The notes: generated from the sequence alone by a model not told the origin. Positions 35,680 to 49,813 are shown, numbered from the stretch's first letter. The stretch is DNA of 64,000 bases from Macrostomum lignano (GCA_002269645.1 NIVC01002770.1:77901-141900); one strand, 5' to 3'. Program-made: numbers and translations.

Positions 35680-36428
35680 CTTCCCACTCTACATTCCAGA
35701 TCTAGGATTCCATGAACACTTGCATTTGGAAGCAGTTCCCACTCCACATTCCAGATCTAGGATTCCACGAACACTTGCATTAGGAAACAGTTCCCAGTCC
35801 ACATTCCAGATCTAGGATTCCACGAACACTTGCATTAGGAAACACTTCCCACTCCACATTCCAGATCTAGGATTCCATGAACACTTGCATTTAGAAGCAG
35901 TTCCCACTCCACATTCCAGATCTAGGATTCCATGAACACTTGCATTTGGAAGCAGTTCCCACTCCACATTCCAGATCTAGGATTCCATGAACACTTGCAT
36001 TTGGAAGCAGTTCCCACTCCACATTCCAGATCTAGGATTCCATGAACACTTGCATTTGGAAGCAGTTCCCACTCCACATTCCAGATCTAGGATTCCATGA
36101 ACACTTGCATTTGGAAGCAGTTCCCACTCCACATTCCAGATCTAGGATTCCACGAACACTTGCATTAGGAAACAGTTCCCAGTCCACATTCCAGATCTAG
36201 GATTCCATGAACACTTGCATTTGGAAGCAGTTCCCACTCCACATTCCAGATCTAGGATTCCATGAACACTTGCATTTGGAAGCAGTTCCCACTCCACATT
36301 CCAGATCTAGGATTCCACGAACACTTGCATTAGGAAACAGTTCCCAGTCCACATTCCAGATCTAGGATTCCATGAACACTTGCATTTGGAAGCAGTTCCC
36401 ATTCCACATTCCAGATCTAGGATTCCAT
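35680..36428. repeat. 55-bp minisatellite, about 13 units
   Basis: TTCCCACTCCACATTCCAGATCTAGGATTCCATGAACACTTGCATTTGGAAGCAG. Confidence 0.95.
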
Positions 36429-37367
36429 GGTTGCCTTTAAACAAAAAGGATAATGTGAGACATTTGACGCTGCACGTACAGGTGTTGAAGGCTGTAATTT
36501 TAAGGTAAGAGTAGCAGAGACAAAAGCCGTTTTCTAACGCCGAGTGAAAAAGCATTTTGACGCCTCTGAAGCGCATGCTTTCTTTCCCGCTAGTGGGCAT
36601 TGCTGGACGCGAACATCAGTGCAGCATTAAAATCCGCTAGTAAATTTGGCTCGCATATCACTGGCTTCTTTCCTGATTTCACGTGTGATCTCACCTGAAT
36701 TCACTCCCAAATGCGCCTTGTTGAGTACATCGCCAAGTTCCCTTCTGAGTTTATCCATGGTGTTCATCCTTGATTTTATCACTAAATTCATCCCTGAATG
36801 CGCAAAGACCTTATTCCAGAATTAGCTGCCTGAGTTTTTCTAGAGAAACACTGAACGGAGCAAACTATCTTTGTACGCTAAAAAGCTGATGTATAATAAT
36901 ATTAAAAAAGTCTAGCCAATCTTTTGTGCATGCAGAGGGAAGGAATGGGCGACATCTGGCGGAGTGCGATCGCCAAACTAAGTTGGATCAATCTTATTGC
37001 CGCATCTCCTTCCCTGTGCTGCCTCTCTGCCTACCTGCTCCGACTTGCTCCTCCGCTCACATCGGCAGGCAGAATCTGGTAATCAGCCAACGCTCAGAGC
37101 CACTAGGGTAGTTTTTATCACAGTCAGTTGAGCCACTGATGTAACCGCCCTTGTCGCCTGTCCGCTCCGTAGAAAGACGAACGCACGACTAGAGGGGGCA
37201 ATGACCGTAGGCTGCCTATGACCGGGGCAATGACCTGACGGACCTCCAGCACCAGACTGTCCCGCCCACATGATTGATAGCTTTGGTAGCGCTTCGTGAC
37301 CAGAGGGCCAAGGACCCACATGGACCCCACCTGTAGCCAAGGTGCAATAGTTGGTCACTCGGTCATA

Positions 37368-38684
37368 CGAGGGGTGATCAAAAAGTTCTGCAACCTTTTG
37401 TTATAGCTTTTAGTTATAGAATCAGAAAAAGCCAAAAACTTACACATATGCGGCTATATCTGTTTGCTATATTTATATGCATTTTTGGCTTCCAAATGTG
37501 CTCCATTAAAATTTCACAGCCATATATTTTCCATGTGTTTTCAGTAGCTGATGGAAACATCAAAAGACAGTGTTCGCTTCTATATCTTTATGTGCATGCA
37601 ACTTGGTTGCAAAGTGACAGAGATTCACACCATGTTTTGTGAATGTTTTAGCTGACTCTGCTCCATCATTTGACACAGTTGCCTGCTGGCTGCGCCATTT
37701 CTTGGAAGGCTGGGACAGCTTCAACGATGAACCAAGGTCTGGCCGACCCCGGACATCCGTGACCGAAGATGTCGTGGCCCATGCCGATGCAATAATTCAT
37801 GAGGATTGGAGCTTTTTGCTAAGATTCATTGCCTATGAGCTTGGTGTCAGCTATGGAAGTGCTCATAACATCATGCATGAGCAACTAGGCCGCACAAAGA
37901 CCTGCGCTCGGTGGGTACCCATCTTCTCACTCCGGAGCAGCAAGCAGAGAGGGTGCGCATCTGTCGCTTGTGGCTGCAAATGTTTGAGCCCCACGGCCCA
38001 CGACAACTGTCAGATGTCATCACAGGAGACAAATGTTGTATCTCCTTCTTTACCATGAGGGATAAGCAGTCCAACATGGTCTGGCTGGCAGAAGATGAGC
38101 CAAGGCCTGAGGTGCTGAAGACCGGATTCCGCAGTCGGAAGCGGATGTTCACCATTTTTTTCAACTCTCAGGGTGTTGTATCGGTGAACATCCTTCCAGC
38201 GGGTGCCACAGTGACTGCCAGGTACTACACAGACACTGTTCTGCCAGGCGTGCTGCAGGAGCGGCAGGAACGTGCGCGAACCAAGCATGGACCTCGACTC
38301 CTGCTGCACCATGACAATGCGGCACCGCACAGAGCGGCCTCAACCATGGCGTACCTGGAGCAGCAGGGGGTCCAGCTGCTGCCCCATTCACCCTACTCTC
38401 TAGACCTAGCACCTTCCGACTTTTGGCTGTTCCGAGGATCAAATCCGTCATTTCTGGGAGGCCGTTTTCACGCATGCAAGACTTTGCCCAAGCGGTAAAT
38501 TCAGCTCTACAGGGTATACCAACTTTGGAGTACCATGACTGCTTTCAGACATGGTGCACACGGATGCGACGGTGCATAGATAGTGGTGGAAACTACTTTA
38601 AGGGAATGTGACACTGATTAGACGCCTCGGCTGCTGTAGCACAGAGTTGTGAGGTCACTTGCAGAACTTTTTGATCACCCCTCG
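37368..38684 (+). mobile_element. mariner (DD34D) transposon, 1317 bp, full length
   Basis: 26-bp TIR CGAGGGGTGATCAAAAAGTTCTGCAA at both ends; TA duplications at 37366-37367 and 38685-38686. Confidence 0.95.
37551..38611 (+). pseudogene. mariner transposase with three frameshifts
   Basis: ATG 37551; DEPRSGRPRT, WVP(H)LLT, VITGDKC, LHHDNAAPH, YSLDLAPSDFWLF, GNYFKGM then TGA. Frame breaks near 37635 (extra T), 37920 and 38432 (each missing a C from a C run). Confidence 0.9.
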
Positions 38685-39726
38685 TAGTATGACCGAGTGG
38701 CTGCCACCACTCTATGTGACCTGGCGCACCTGGATCTTTCTACCAGACCTCTCGAGGCTAGAGCCCCGCCTGTATTGGTTACCAGGGGATTTAGGCTAAC
38801 AGGGGAGACACATGCAGCCGAGTACAGGGACTCTGCTTGGGGCATGATCGGGAACTCTGGGCTCAATCTGGAGGATTCTCAGCAGGGGATCCTTTGTGGC
38901 TGTGAGCGAGGCTGACTTGCGACTTTGATTACTAAGAGTAGTATGAGGCGAACATGTACTGTCTCTAGTTTAGATTGCTCAGGGCGAAGGGACGCGTCAG
39001 CATGGGGTTGCAACCTTCCTACTGCCATTCTGTGCCAAGACTCGCTAATCACCCTCCACTGCACGCACGCACGGCCCCGCAGCCCGCACTCACAGGCGAG
39101 CCTTGCACGAGGACAGGCCATTAGCTTACCCAAACTTCCCTATGCTTTGCCACCCCGGGAGAAAGGCTTAGCAAGCCATGAGTGAAAGGATGGTGAAAGA
39201 GTGAATAATGATGAAGTTAGTTAATAGTTAATAATTAGGCCCTTAGGCAAATAATCAGGCAATTAGGCGGCTTCACTATTGAGTAAAAATACAGCAAAAG
39301 GTACGGTATCACAACTGGCTCAGCTCTCTAATCAGACAATGGAAAAATAGGCAAACTCCGGATAAGCAAAGGCAATTAGAGCACAAATCAGTAACAGGAA
39401 CTTACCGGCAGCTGCACAGAGAGAGAGAGAGAGACGGAGTGACCGAGGGCGGCTGTAGGCTGCAGTCAGGCGGACAGTGAAGCGGCGATGCGCTGAAGCG
39501 ACGAGGCGCTGATGTAGATCAGGCGATGCTGATGATGCTGGGCGGTATCAGACCGCTGGCCGATAGGCGAGCTCGCTTGGGGAGCTGAAGATAACTTGGC
39601 GGTAACAGACCGCGGACCGGCAGGGGTTCGTCTTATAGACGGGAAGGTCAGAGCAGTGTCTGACCGCAAGTCCAAAGAAGGACGAGGAGACAAACCGTCT
39701 GAGGATTCTCATGCCGAAATCGCTTC

Positions 39727-39818
39727 TTTTTATAGCCTTCACAGCCGCCTCTCCAAGGTCGTTACCATGACTCCCTCTCTCTGATTGGCTGCCAGCAGAA
39801 TGACGTCAGAATGAGTCA
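39727..39818 (-). promoter_or_regulatory. Pol II promoter-like cluster inside the LTR-like element
   Basis: AP-1 TGAGTCA 39812-39818, CRE TGACGTCA 39801-39808, CCAAT (GATTGG 39783-39788), TATA CTATAAAAA (39735 to 39727 on -). Motif match only. Confidence 0.5.
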
Positions 39819-40737
39819 TAATGAGAAGCATGAGACCGGCATAGCAACATGAGAAATGGGAGAATTGCGCAATCCGGCACCGGGTGGGGGGATAATTGGC
39901 GCAGCGGGTGGTCGCGAAAGTGTTGTGCAAGCAAACATTGCGAACAATGGGGCTGGGGTCGAGAACAAAGGAATCGGAAATCGGGGATAATTGGGGAGAA
40001 TCGAGAACAATAGAAAAGCAAACATTGGAGAAAAGGTGATAATTAGGTGCGAAAACGAGAACAAAAGAAAGAGAAAATCGGAGAAAATGTGATAATTGGT
40101 GGGGGTCGAGAGAACAAAAGAATCAAAAACGAGAACAATAGAAGCGGAGGTGGGGTGGGTGTCGCATGAGAAATTTGGGGAGGAGAACAATGGCGTGAGA
40201 AAAGGTTGCGCAAGGGAGGGGGTGAGTCATCGATGAGTCATCGAGGGGAAGAAGGGGTCACACGACTTGCGTCACCGTTTGGGAGTTTGAGAAGGGATGG
40301 GGTGACGGTGAGCACACAAAATACTGTAAGTAGACGCAAAAAAGGGGGAATAGCGCAGGAAAATAGTGCAGAGAGAGACAAAAAGAGAGGGGACAGGAAG
40401 AGTACAAGAAGAATAGGGTAGAGCGCAGGGGAGATAGGGTGGAGGGGGAGGTACAGAGAGGGACAGGGAGCTCCGGAAAGGCAAGTGTGGCGGCAGGAGA
40501 GACGGAGCCAAGGCAGCAGGGGGTGCAGCAGAGCGGGAGTCTCCAGGCCTGGTCGGAGACCTGGCCGAGTCTCGACAGCTCTGTGCAGGGGGGTGCACGG
40601 GATAGGAGGCACTTTCGAAAAAGTTCCCCTGCCCTATCCCGCGACCAGAGCGTGGTTACATCACCACGTATAATTTGACCACTGGAAACATTAAATTGAG
40701 TCGTGTGCTTTACGAGACAATGATGAATTCTGAATGA

Positions 40738-41118
<381 letters not shown>

Positions 41119-43560
41119 TTAATGTCTTCTGCTTTAGCTGTCCATGGCTTGATGACTCACGAAGCGGTACCCCAGAGGCTTCACAAACTGCTTAAATTTC
41201 ACAAGGCTTCACGACACAGAGTTAAACTGAGCTAGGTTCTGAATTAGTTTCATCCCTGTCTTAATACGCAAGTAAAAGCCTGGAGAAAGTCTGTGAGCTT
41301 AGAAAACGGAGACTTTTAATATTCTAGTCAGGTCAAAGCGTATCCGTAGCTGCTTAGATTAAATTTAAAAGCATCCGAACTGCATACTTCACTCGGTTCA
41401 AAGCAGATGCGACTTCGTCAGTTCTTCACTAATCCCCGTGACTTTAACTCTCAGGCATCGCGGAGCTGGATTGAAGACTGAATGTGAGCAGATCGGAGGG
41501 TTGGTCGTGATTAAATTGATGCCGAGAGAGGCAAAGGCCATCGTGCAACTTCTTTGCTATCGTCTTCCCATGAAGGCAACACAAGACCACTTCATTACAA
41601 TTGCCATCTGGTGTCGCAGATCTTCTGTTTATTTAAAGGAATTCAATCGCTACTTTTTTTCTGAATTCTCTGGTTTATTTAAATCCTACAGTGGGAGATT
41701 CAGGCTGTTGAAGACTTGCTTTCATTGTCTATGGCCCGAAAGGGGGTCTGTGGAGCAGCCAATTGGAGTTGGTGTTACCGGATTTCTAGTCAATTCTTCT
41801 GTCTATGGCACTTTGAAAGAGCAGTTAAGATAATCAGTCAATCGTCTATGGTAATTGGAAAGGACAGTGAAGGCGATTTGTCTAACTGTTAATTTTTTTC
41901 TCTATTGTATATTGGATTATTCTAGTGAGGCTTTTATTCGAAATACCAATCGAAAAAGGAGCTATGATTCGATACGAAAACATTCCTGGACAAGAAATAT
42001 ATGAAATCTCCACGGACGAATTGGCTTTAGTCACCCAAGAGTCATGCAATCGCTTTGTTCTGGAGACTAACAATTTGGATGCGCCGTCCAGTAGCAAAGT
42101 GCTGCCTGAGCTAACTAGCGAAGATCTGCAAATGAGAATCATTCAAGCATTGCAAGAGTTCTTTTCGCCACATCGCTGTCATGTTTTTCGATTCTATTAT
42201 AGCCAAATGCATCCGTTAATTTTCCCGCAACAATCTAAGACACCCGGCAAACAATTGAATTAGCATTGCAACCCGATTCAGGCGTGCATTAAACGGCTCT
42301 TGATTGCGTACTGACAGGAGTCATTTAATGCACGAGAAAAACATTGCTATATTACAGTGCAGCTCAATAATCGTGCTGCATTGATCACTTGAGCACCTTG
42401 ACTACAAACACTCGTACATTTAAATCAAGACATGTAAGCAAGAAAAAGCCGACAATTGAACCCTTCATAAACACGTTGATTCCTGTGAAACGAATCAAAC
42501 CAAAGGCGAAACCAAAGCGTATAGCATAAGTCTAGATTAATAGCGTGTCACTCAAGGCAGATTGAAATGTAACCTGATCGTTGCTCGTATAAAATAAGTA
42601 TAAATATAAAATATCCTCCGCTTCATTCATTGATCTGCGGCCGTCAGAATGACTGACAGAGGGACATTGTAGCTCTCTTGACTCTCACTCTGCGTTTGAA
42701 TATTTGAATTTAATATTCGAATCGGTTATAAAAGGCGACAAATCACATGGTATTGTAGGCTGTTAATGGTTAAAAAAATCATAACCAATTCAAAAATCAT
42801 GAGGGGCCGTAATCAAAGGCTCCTCAATCCCCAATTAATTTTTGTTGAGAATTTTTTTAAAAACTTAGAATAAGCTTCTTCATCTGCACCAGTCCTGCGG
42901 GATTCTGAGAGGGATTCTGTCAAAGGCTCGCTGCATAGAGCGAGACCAACTTCTGGTGCTTCACAAGTGCCAGTGTGGAAGGAATTTCCTGCCGCAGTTT
43001 AAATCTTCGATGCTACAAAAAGGCATTATTCTGTCCCACTTTGTCAAGGACACATGTCTATGGCACAATAAAAGTAATACCCATGCTTTAAGGGCGCCCT
43101 CTGATTTTACCATTAACGCCCTTAAAGCATGGGTATTAATTTACTATCAGCCAGTTGTCACGATTGTCCAAGAAGTCCTTTTTGAGGTCCAATGCTAAAA
43201 ATGATTGTTAGAATCCCCTCGTTTTCCCATTTTTTCGTTCGCTGTTTTAGGATCAAGAACACCCTGTTACTGTTCGAGATGTCCTTTAATTTCAGCCTGT
43301 TTTGAAATATTGGTCTCAATCGGACGCCGGTTGCAGTGCAAAATGCCATCGTTAAGGTTCGTCTTGCACTTCTTCCTTTGTCTTCATTCCCGGCCCCGCC
43401 TTTGTTTGACTTGAAAAGATCTGTCTCTTTCGGTCTTCTTCTTCTTTATAGCACAGGTCCTCTTAGCACAGGGTTTTCTTTTTGAGTAAATCAGTTTGGA
43501 ACATGTAGGTTTGCCCATAGACACTTTGGCTCCGACTTAATTGAAGAGGTTCTGTTTAAT

Positions 43561-43871
43561 ATTAATAATAACAACAACAATAATAATACTGATTAATTTT
43601 ACCTGCCCCAATTACTCAGATGTGCAACCGACAGCTCAGCCGCAGCTATTGCATGGCGCATCTGAAGGCTGCGTACGGCTGTTCAGTCCAAGAACTGGGG
43701 GTCACCACACACCCTCAATTACCCCAGCTAATGCTGGCACCCATTTTACAGCTGGGTGAACTGAAGCAAAGACAATGAGTGTCTTGCTCAAGGACACAAA
43801 CTGTTCCAGTAGAATAGAAAACCGACCTTCAAGTCGTGAGTCGGACGCTCAAACCACGAAGCTACAACCCC
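43561..43871 (-). mobile_element. tRNA-derived CORE-SINE, near full-length copy
   Basis: Reverse complement of the same head and CORE, plus a 3' body (CTTCAGATGCGCC..GCTGAGCTGTCGG..GGGGCAGG) and a (TTA/TTG)n tail. Confidence 0.8.
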
Positions 43872-46174
43872 CTAGGAACTACTTAAGAAAATTAGCAGTA
43901 GTATGTAGCGCATGTTAAATATCAATATTTAATGAAATATATACTCAGTAACATGTTAAAGTTTCCACCGAAACCGGTGGTCAAATTTTCCCAGAGCTCA
44001 GTCCCAAGTGACGCAATCCGCGGTTCGCGTCTCAACTGTGGGCGATGCAATTTGCGTTACAAGGCCTCAGCTGGTGGTGAGAGAGTGGAGATCTATGGCT
44101 CTTGGATTAAAGCGGCCACTTTTTAATGTACGGATTAACCCAGTTGATGCTTATTTCTGGGTCTAATTTGTACTTGTAGTTCTAAGTTGCTACGAGTAAA
44201 ACATGTACGCTCGCATCTGGTAAGAACTATCCTGCAATGTACTTTTATTCCAACTTGTACGTACACAATTCGAAATAGAATATGTAAATAAATCTATGCA
44301 TGGAATCAGCCTGGCTGCCTCGCCGCTGTTTAAGAGTGAAAGAAAGGCTTCGGCCCTATAAGCCGACAGAGCACGATACGCGTCCTTGACTGCTCAGCTC
44401 GTTTCTCATCTGGCGCCTGGCTTTAGCTCCCTGGGGTCGTCAAGCTCAGCTTCAGCTCAGCCTGAACACTGCGCAGTAAATGAGCAGTTCAGCTCCCTGC
44501 TTACTGAGGACTCTGGTAGTTAGTCGGAGCAGATCCCATTTCGTGGGATATTTTAAAATTAGGACTAACTACTATGCAGAGAGCAGTTGTACTTGTCTAA
44601 CAGAGTTGCTGACAACTAGGAGCGATGCCACTCAGAACAACAAAGCAACATACGGGTTGGGCAGGACTCCCCACCGCAACCATGCTCCAACTCTTTATCC
44701 TGTCCCCAATGAGTCATCGCTCATCAGCATTCTCCCATTTGGGACCAGACAGTTTCAGGCCCGGCTGGCACGTGGGGATTTTTTACTTTGCTGGGAGATT
44801 TTATCGCTCTGCTCCTCAACTTCAGGCGCTTTCCGATCTCCCACCCCCTCTGTCTGGAACTGGTCTTTGTTCCTTGTCCCCAGAAAATCCCCTACCCTCC
44901 ACCCTGAGCACTACCCAGGTTTCTGCTGCCAACGCTGCATTGCCCTGTTCAAAGCCAAGAGTAGAAAAAAAACCGCATTTCATTGTGCTCAGACACTTTT
45001 TGCTAGCCCCTGCGCCGCCAAAATTAGACTAGCAAGCCCACTCGCTTCCCCCTTGGCTTTAGAGATCCCAGCGAGTCACAGCGGGGGCGTGGGTTCCCGA
45101 CAAGGAGGCCAAACCCCCCTCATTTATAGACAACTTTAGGCTGGACTGCAGTTTTAATAATTTTCTCATTTTTAAGACTTCTACAATTTTTTGTTCACGT
45201 TAATCCTTGACCGATTGACCGGATTAAGCTTACAAGCATCGGTCCAGCCTACAGTTGTCTGCAACTCCAGTTTCTGTTTCTAGGCCTCCTTGGTTCTGAG
45301 CACGGCCGCCTGGGAAGAGAGGGTCGGTCGGTTCCCCAGCCGCATCAATGATTCATCCGCTGCGGCACACATGATGGGGATGGATGCTGGCTCTGTGTTA
45401 TTGTTACTGCCGCAGCGCTCTCAGCCCTCTGCGACACATTAATGCAGGGCCGAACCACCCCGCCTCCTAGCCTCATCCCCTATCAGCCGTTGCGCATTTT
45501 GATCCTCACAAAATAGATATCTTTTTGTATTTGCTTTGATTCCTAGTTCGTACGTACCTGCATATGCAGTTAATTTCGTTCCAGTTCAATATGTGAGCCC
45601 ACTAATACGCGGCAACAGTGGGACTGACTGTCTCAGCAATGCGTGCACTTCTGGTCGCTGGTACCATCTTTCTCACTAGTTCGGCCTTCTTATTGAGTTG
45701 AAATTGGACTCTGTCTCTCTCCCTCCTCTAGTATGTGCCGTGGCTAAGTCGAAATGTTCTAGTGCTCTCAAACAGTCTAGTGCGGGAGCTGCTGGCTCCA
45801 TCGGTCACTTTCGCACCCCAATCCCATCTGTCTGCGCGTACTATATTTGCTACCCTAGTGAAGTTGACCTTGAGAATGCATTTCGGATGACTCAACACAC
45901 TGGGGTTGGTTTTAGGACACCGCTGCAATCAAACTGCATCTCTGCTGCCCGCCCCCAAAACTGACTGTTTTGCTGTTGACAAATTGTCCGAAATGGCCGG
46001 CTATTATGAATGAAATGCTGATCATGAAGTGAAGTCCTGATTCTGTTGCAGAGCAGTGAGCAAATATTGCACTGCTTCATCCTGTTCTCGAATTGGATTG
46101 ACTTTCTCCACTTTCTCAAACCGGTACCAGCCAAGAACACGGCTATACCACCCCTAATAAATAGATATTCATAG

Positions 46175-46335
46175 CAAGGTTGTGGGCACCCTGTCGTAAC
46201 GCCTTTTGGCGACACATGGTCCCGCAACCAGCGCTGACGGCAATTCTGCCAATTCTGCCCATTCCTACAATCGCATACAAAAGCGCCAATACGCACTCAT
46301 ACTTGTGAATCGCAAGACGGCCAAATGAATGTGAA
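46175..46335 (-). mobile_element. SINE family 2 copy, internally deleted
   Basis: GGGCACCCTG..GGCGACAC..AGCGCTGACGGCAATTCTGCC..GTGAATCGCA matches the reverse complement of the family 3' part. Confidence 0.65.
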
Positions 46336-47861
46336 GTTGAAAAATTAGCCTCCTTGAAATGCCAGCATCAGCCACTCTAGCGAGTGAGATGCAGCAGTAC
46401 AATGCTAGATTCGAAGGATTTTTAACTGTTTAAAAACAGGCAGGAACAGACAGCGGTTCCTGATTTGACTGCGGCTTCGAGAGTCCGTGTCAACACGGAA
46501 AGTCACGCAGCCGAGGCCAGTGTTTGGCCTCCCTTATTTCAGGGTGTCCCGGAGGCTGCAGTTCTCGGAAATTTGCAATTCTGTAAGTCCCTCTGCTGGA
46601 AATTGACGCTTACGAATTTCATGGCCAACCCGCCACCATCAAGTCCGCTGATTCTGTTGGACTGGCGGGGGTTGCTGCACACGAGGTCCCCGGCCTGCGG
46701 CTGACCTTGGCTGACTTGGGGCGGGTGAGGCTCTTAAAAGCCAGCTGCTAAGCCCGAATCCCCCCTAGCGACTTCTGGGAGGTCGGCGGTCGGCAGCTGA
46801 CTTGGAATTGTCACTGAGGGGGGGGCGAGCTGACAGCTGACATTGGCGGTCCAGCGTGTGCAGCCATGAAGGGGATAGCTAAAAAAATTCTTTATCGTTT
46901 TGACTTCATTTTTTTCGTCCCGGTCTGTTGTGACTGCGCGTGTCGCTGCTGTGTGTGTTTTTACTCAGACTCCGGTTGCACAACACAATTTCGCGTGCCT
47001 TCGATGTTCAAATTTTGCCTGTCTCTGGCGGAGGTGCTGCGATTTAAGGAAGCTCTGTTGGATTCTTTGGAGAGCGAACTCGTTATTGCGCATAGAATTT
47101 TGAGGGCTCCCCGAATGCTGCTGCTGCAGCTTGAGGAGCGGATGGAAGAAGAGGCGGAAGGGGATGAAGCATTCAATTTATTTTTCTTCTGCTCCCGCTG
47201 CCTCGCAGCTTGGCCCTTTCCTAACAGGGTTAGCCATTCGCTTGGGGATTTGAAAATCCCAATTGGGTCTTGGGAGGCGTATAGCGTAACTCCCCGCAGG
47301 CTATTGTATACTTTATAGCTATTGGCACGAGGTTGCGTCATACTCTCTGGCCGCATTGAGAGAGAGATGGACAGGGCCTGGATGGCTGGCTGAAGTCACT
47401 TTGAATCGATAATTTCTCATCTGCGCGGATTCTGAATAAATCTCGGGATATAGCTCGAGCTGGGGAATCCCAGCGAATATTGGATGAAGTTCGAGGCATC
47501 TGTAGGCCGCTGAAAATTAGACCGGGGTGGGGGCGGGTTGGTGTTGAGCTGTCGGCAATTCTCTTAGCCTTGACAAGTTTCGAAATTGCTGAATTCATTT
47601 TTGTCCCAATTGGGACAGCGGTCGCAATTCACCGCTGTCGCAAGCTATTAGGGTTGAGGGATTTCTCAACAGAACTTCGGCTGATGCGATTCCTGTCTCT
47701 CCATCTCAGTGCTAACTGCGGTCTGAAGTCTTCTCTATTGAGTTTTCACTGTTCTTTAGAAACAATACTGACCTTCATGCAACAAAGGACCTGAACTCGA
47801 ATCCCTATGGCAAAAGAATCTGGTTTTACCTGCCGCTGCTATTTGACTTATAAGGCTTATG

Positions 47862-48695
47862 AAATGTCGAGGCTTACGGGGGATTTCTGAGATGTCGAGG
47901 CTTACAGGGGATTTCTGAGATATCGAGGCTTGTGGGGGATTTCTGAGATGTCGAGGCTTGTGGGGGGAATTGCTGAGATGTCAAGGCTTACGGGGGATTG
48001 CTGAGATGTCAGGCTTACGGGGGATTGCTGAGATGTCAAGGCTTACGGGGGAATTGCTGAGATGTCAAGGCTTACGGGGGAATTGCTGAGATATCAAGGC
48101 TTACGGGGGAATTGCTGAGATGTCTTTCGGGAGGAATTGCTGAGATGTCAATGCTACGGGGGGAATTGCTGAGATATCAAGGCTTACGGGGGAATTGCTG
48201 AGATATCAAGTCTTTCGGGAGGGAATTGCTGAGATGTCAATGCCTACGGGGGGAATTGCTGAGATATCAAGGCTTACGGGGGGAATTGCTGAGATATCAA
48301 GTCTTTCGGGATGGAATTGCTGAGATGTCAATGCCTACGGGGGGAATTGCTGAGATGTCAAGGCTTACGGGGGGAATTGCTGAGATGTCAATGCCTACGG
48401 GGGGAATTGCTGAGATGTCAAGTCTTTCGGGAGGGAATTGCTGAGATGTCAAGGCCTACGGGGGGAATTGCTGAGATGTTAAGGCTTACGGGGGGAATTG
48501 CTGAGATGTCAAGGCTTACGGGGGGAATTGCTGAGATGTCAATGCCTACGGGGGGAATTGCTGAGATGTCAAGGCTTACGGGGGAATTGCTGAGATGTCA
48601 AGGCTTACGGGGGGAATTGCTGAGATGTCAAGGCTTACGGGGGAATTGCTGAGATGTCAAGGCTTACGGGGGGGGATTGCTGAGATGTCAAGGCT
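47862..48695. repeat. 30-31 bp minisatellite
   Basis: GGGGAATTGCTGAGATGTCAAGGCTTACGG. Confidence 0.95.
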
Positions 48696-49813
48696 GATAA
48701 GACAGAAGCTACATGTAGTGTATTAAAAAATTTTATTCCATTCTTTGTTGGCTCCCTAACAGAGGGCGCCGATTGCTAGGTTGAACTGAAATTCTCGTGA
48801 CAGTACAGTATTAAAACTGGCAAGGCATCAAACTGAAGTTTGAATTTCTAAAAAAAGTGCAAACCTTTATATTTAAAACATTTATCTTGATGATATTAAA
48901 TGTTTACGATAATTTGTTTCAGTTTGAAGAATTGACTGCAGCTATCAGATCCATGGCCAGTGCGTGCGAGCTTTGACTGAATTTTGTCAGCCTAGTCAAT
49001 CATTTTAAGATCTTTCAAAGGGCCTGTGTATACAGCTTGCGTGGAACTTCATTCACTTATGAAATTAGAAGCAGGACGGGCAGCGGTTATCGCGACTGAC
49101 TCTTCCGTGAAAATACTGAGAGGCCGAATACTGAATACTGAAGATGTGAGTAGACCGGAAACTGACTCAGTCTCTGGGCCATGTCTTCCCTGCAGAGCAC
49201 ATGGCAACTGCTTCCCTAAATAACCGTCTTAGATGGCCTGCATCATCTATAATTGGCTATTTTAATCATTGGAGAACTGAATCAAGCATCCGTTAGTTGC
49301 ACCACTGCGCCTGCTAGATCAGAGAACTCTCCGTGTTATTAATATCAGCCTGCTGCAGTCCAGTAGAGGGGGGGGGGCCCAAAAGAAACAAATCTTGCTG
49401 TGGGATGCTGGGATCCCACGGGAGTTTAGACGGAGAGTGGCGTAGATGGAGAAGATGGAGAGGATCGGAGGCCGACAGAGAGCCCCGGGAGAGGTCAGTG
49501 CAAGTTGTTCCGCGTCAGAGGAGCGCCTGAGTCCAGGCTGATAAGAGGAGGTCAGTGCCGGGTCGATTGCTACGAGCGAGGGGAGGCAGCCCACAGATCA
49601 GAGCAAAAATATTTCATTTGAACCCGGGTCTGTAGTAAACAAACCTTTCTACAATTGGATTGCTAATCCGCAACTTCTTCTGTCATTCCGCTAATCTGAG
49701 TTGCTTTGGTTGCAAGCTGGCAAGGATTAAGCAGTCGAGGGCACAGCAAAAATCTTTCTATTATTGAATGTACTAGCTATTGGTTTGAGTCACTTTTATA
49801 GATCGAAATTCCT

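Larger units (their letters stand above)
37137..40663 (-). mobile_element. Large solo-LTR-like element (about 2.2 kb net) hosting the mariner
   Basis: Perfect 10-bp inverted ends TGATGTAACC...GGTTACATCA with 4-bp TSD CCAC at 37133-37136 and 40664-40667; the end resembles TGTTGTAACC of the 3356 element; internal promoter motifs on the minus strand. Confidence 0.72.

Noticed and set aside
35680-36428. CRISPR-like appearance of the 55-bp, 58-bp, 39-bp and 32-bp arrays
   Set aside because: Units are contiguous with no unique spacers, no cas genes are present, and the context is eukaryotic.
39849-39849. Alternative LTR end at GCAACA (37140..39849)
   Set aside because: Flanks do not form a TSD. 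The 37137..40663 boundaries give 10-bp inverted ends and a CCAC duplication.
41925-42263. 112-aa ORF (RLLFEIPIEKG...) with a possible upstream acceptor
   Set aside because: No recognisable domain, no convincing donor or partner exons, and AT-rich codon usage unlike the three host genes. A homology search would be needed.
44300-45130. LTR-like promoter-rich segments here and at about 8000-8660, 50560-51130, 56300-56900 and 58150-58760
   Set aside because: They look like repeat-derived DNA, but I could not find TG..CA ends with a matching TSD, so no element is called.
45700-47800. Short coding-looking frames on the minus strand
   Set aside because: Interrupted by stops, with no motif I recognise and no consistent splice structure.
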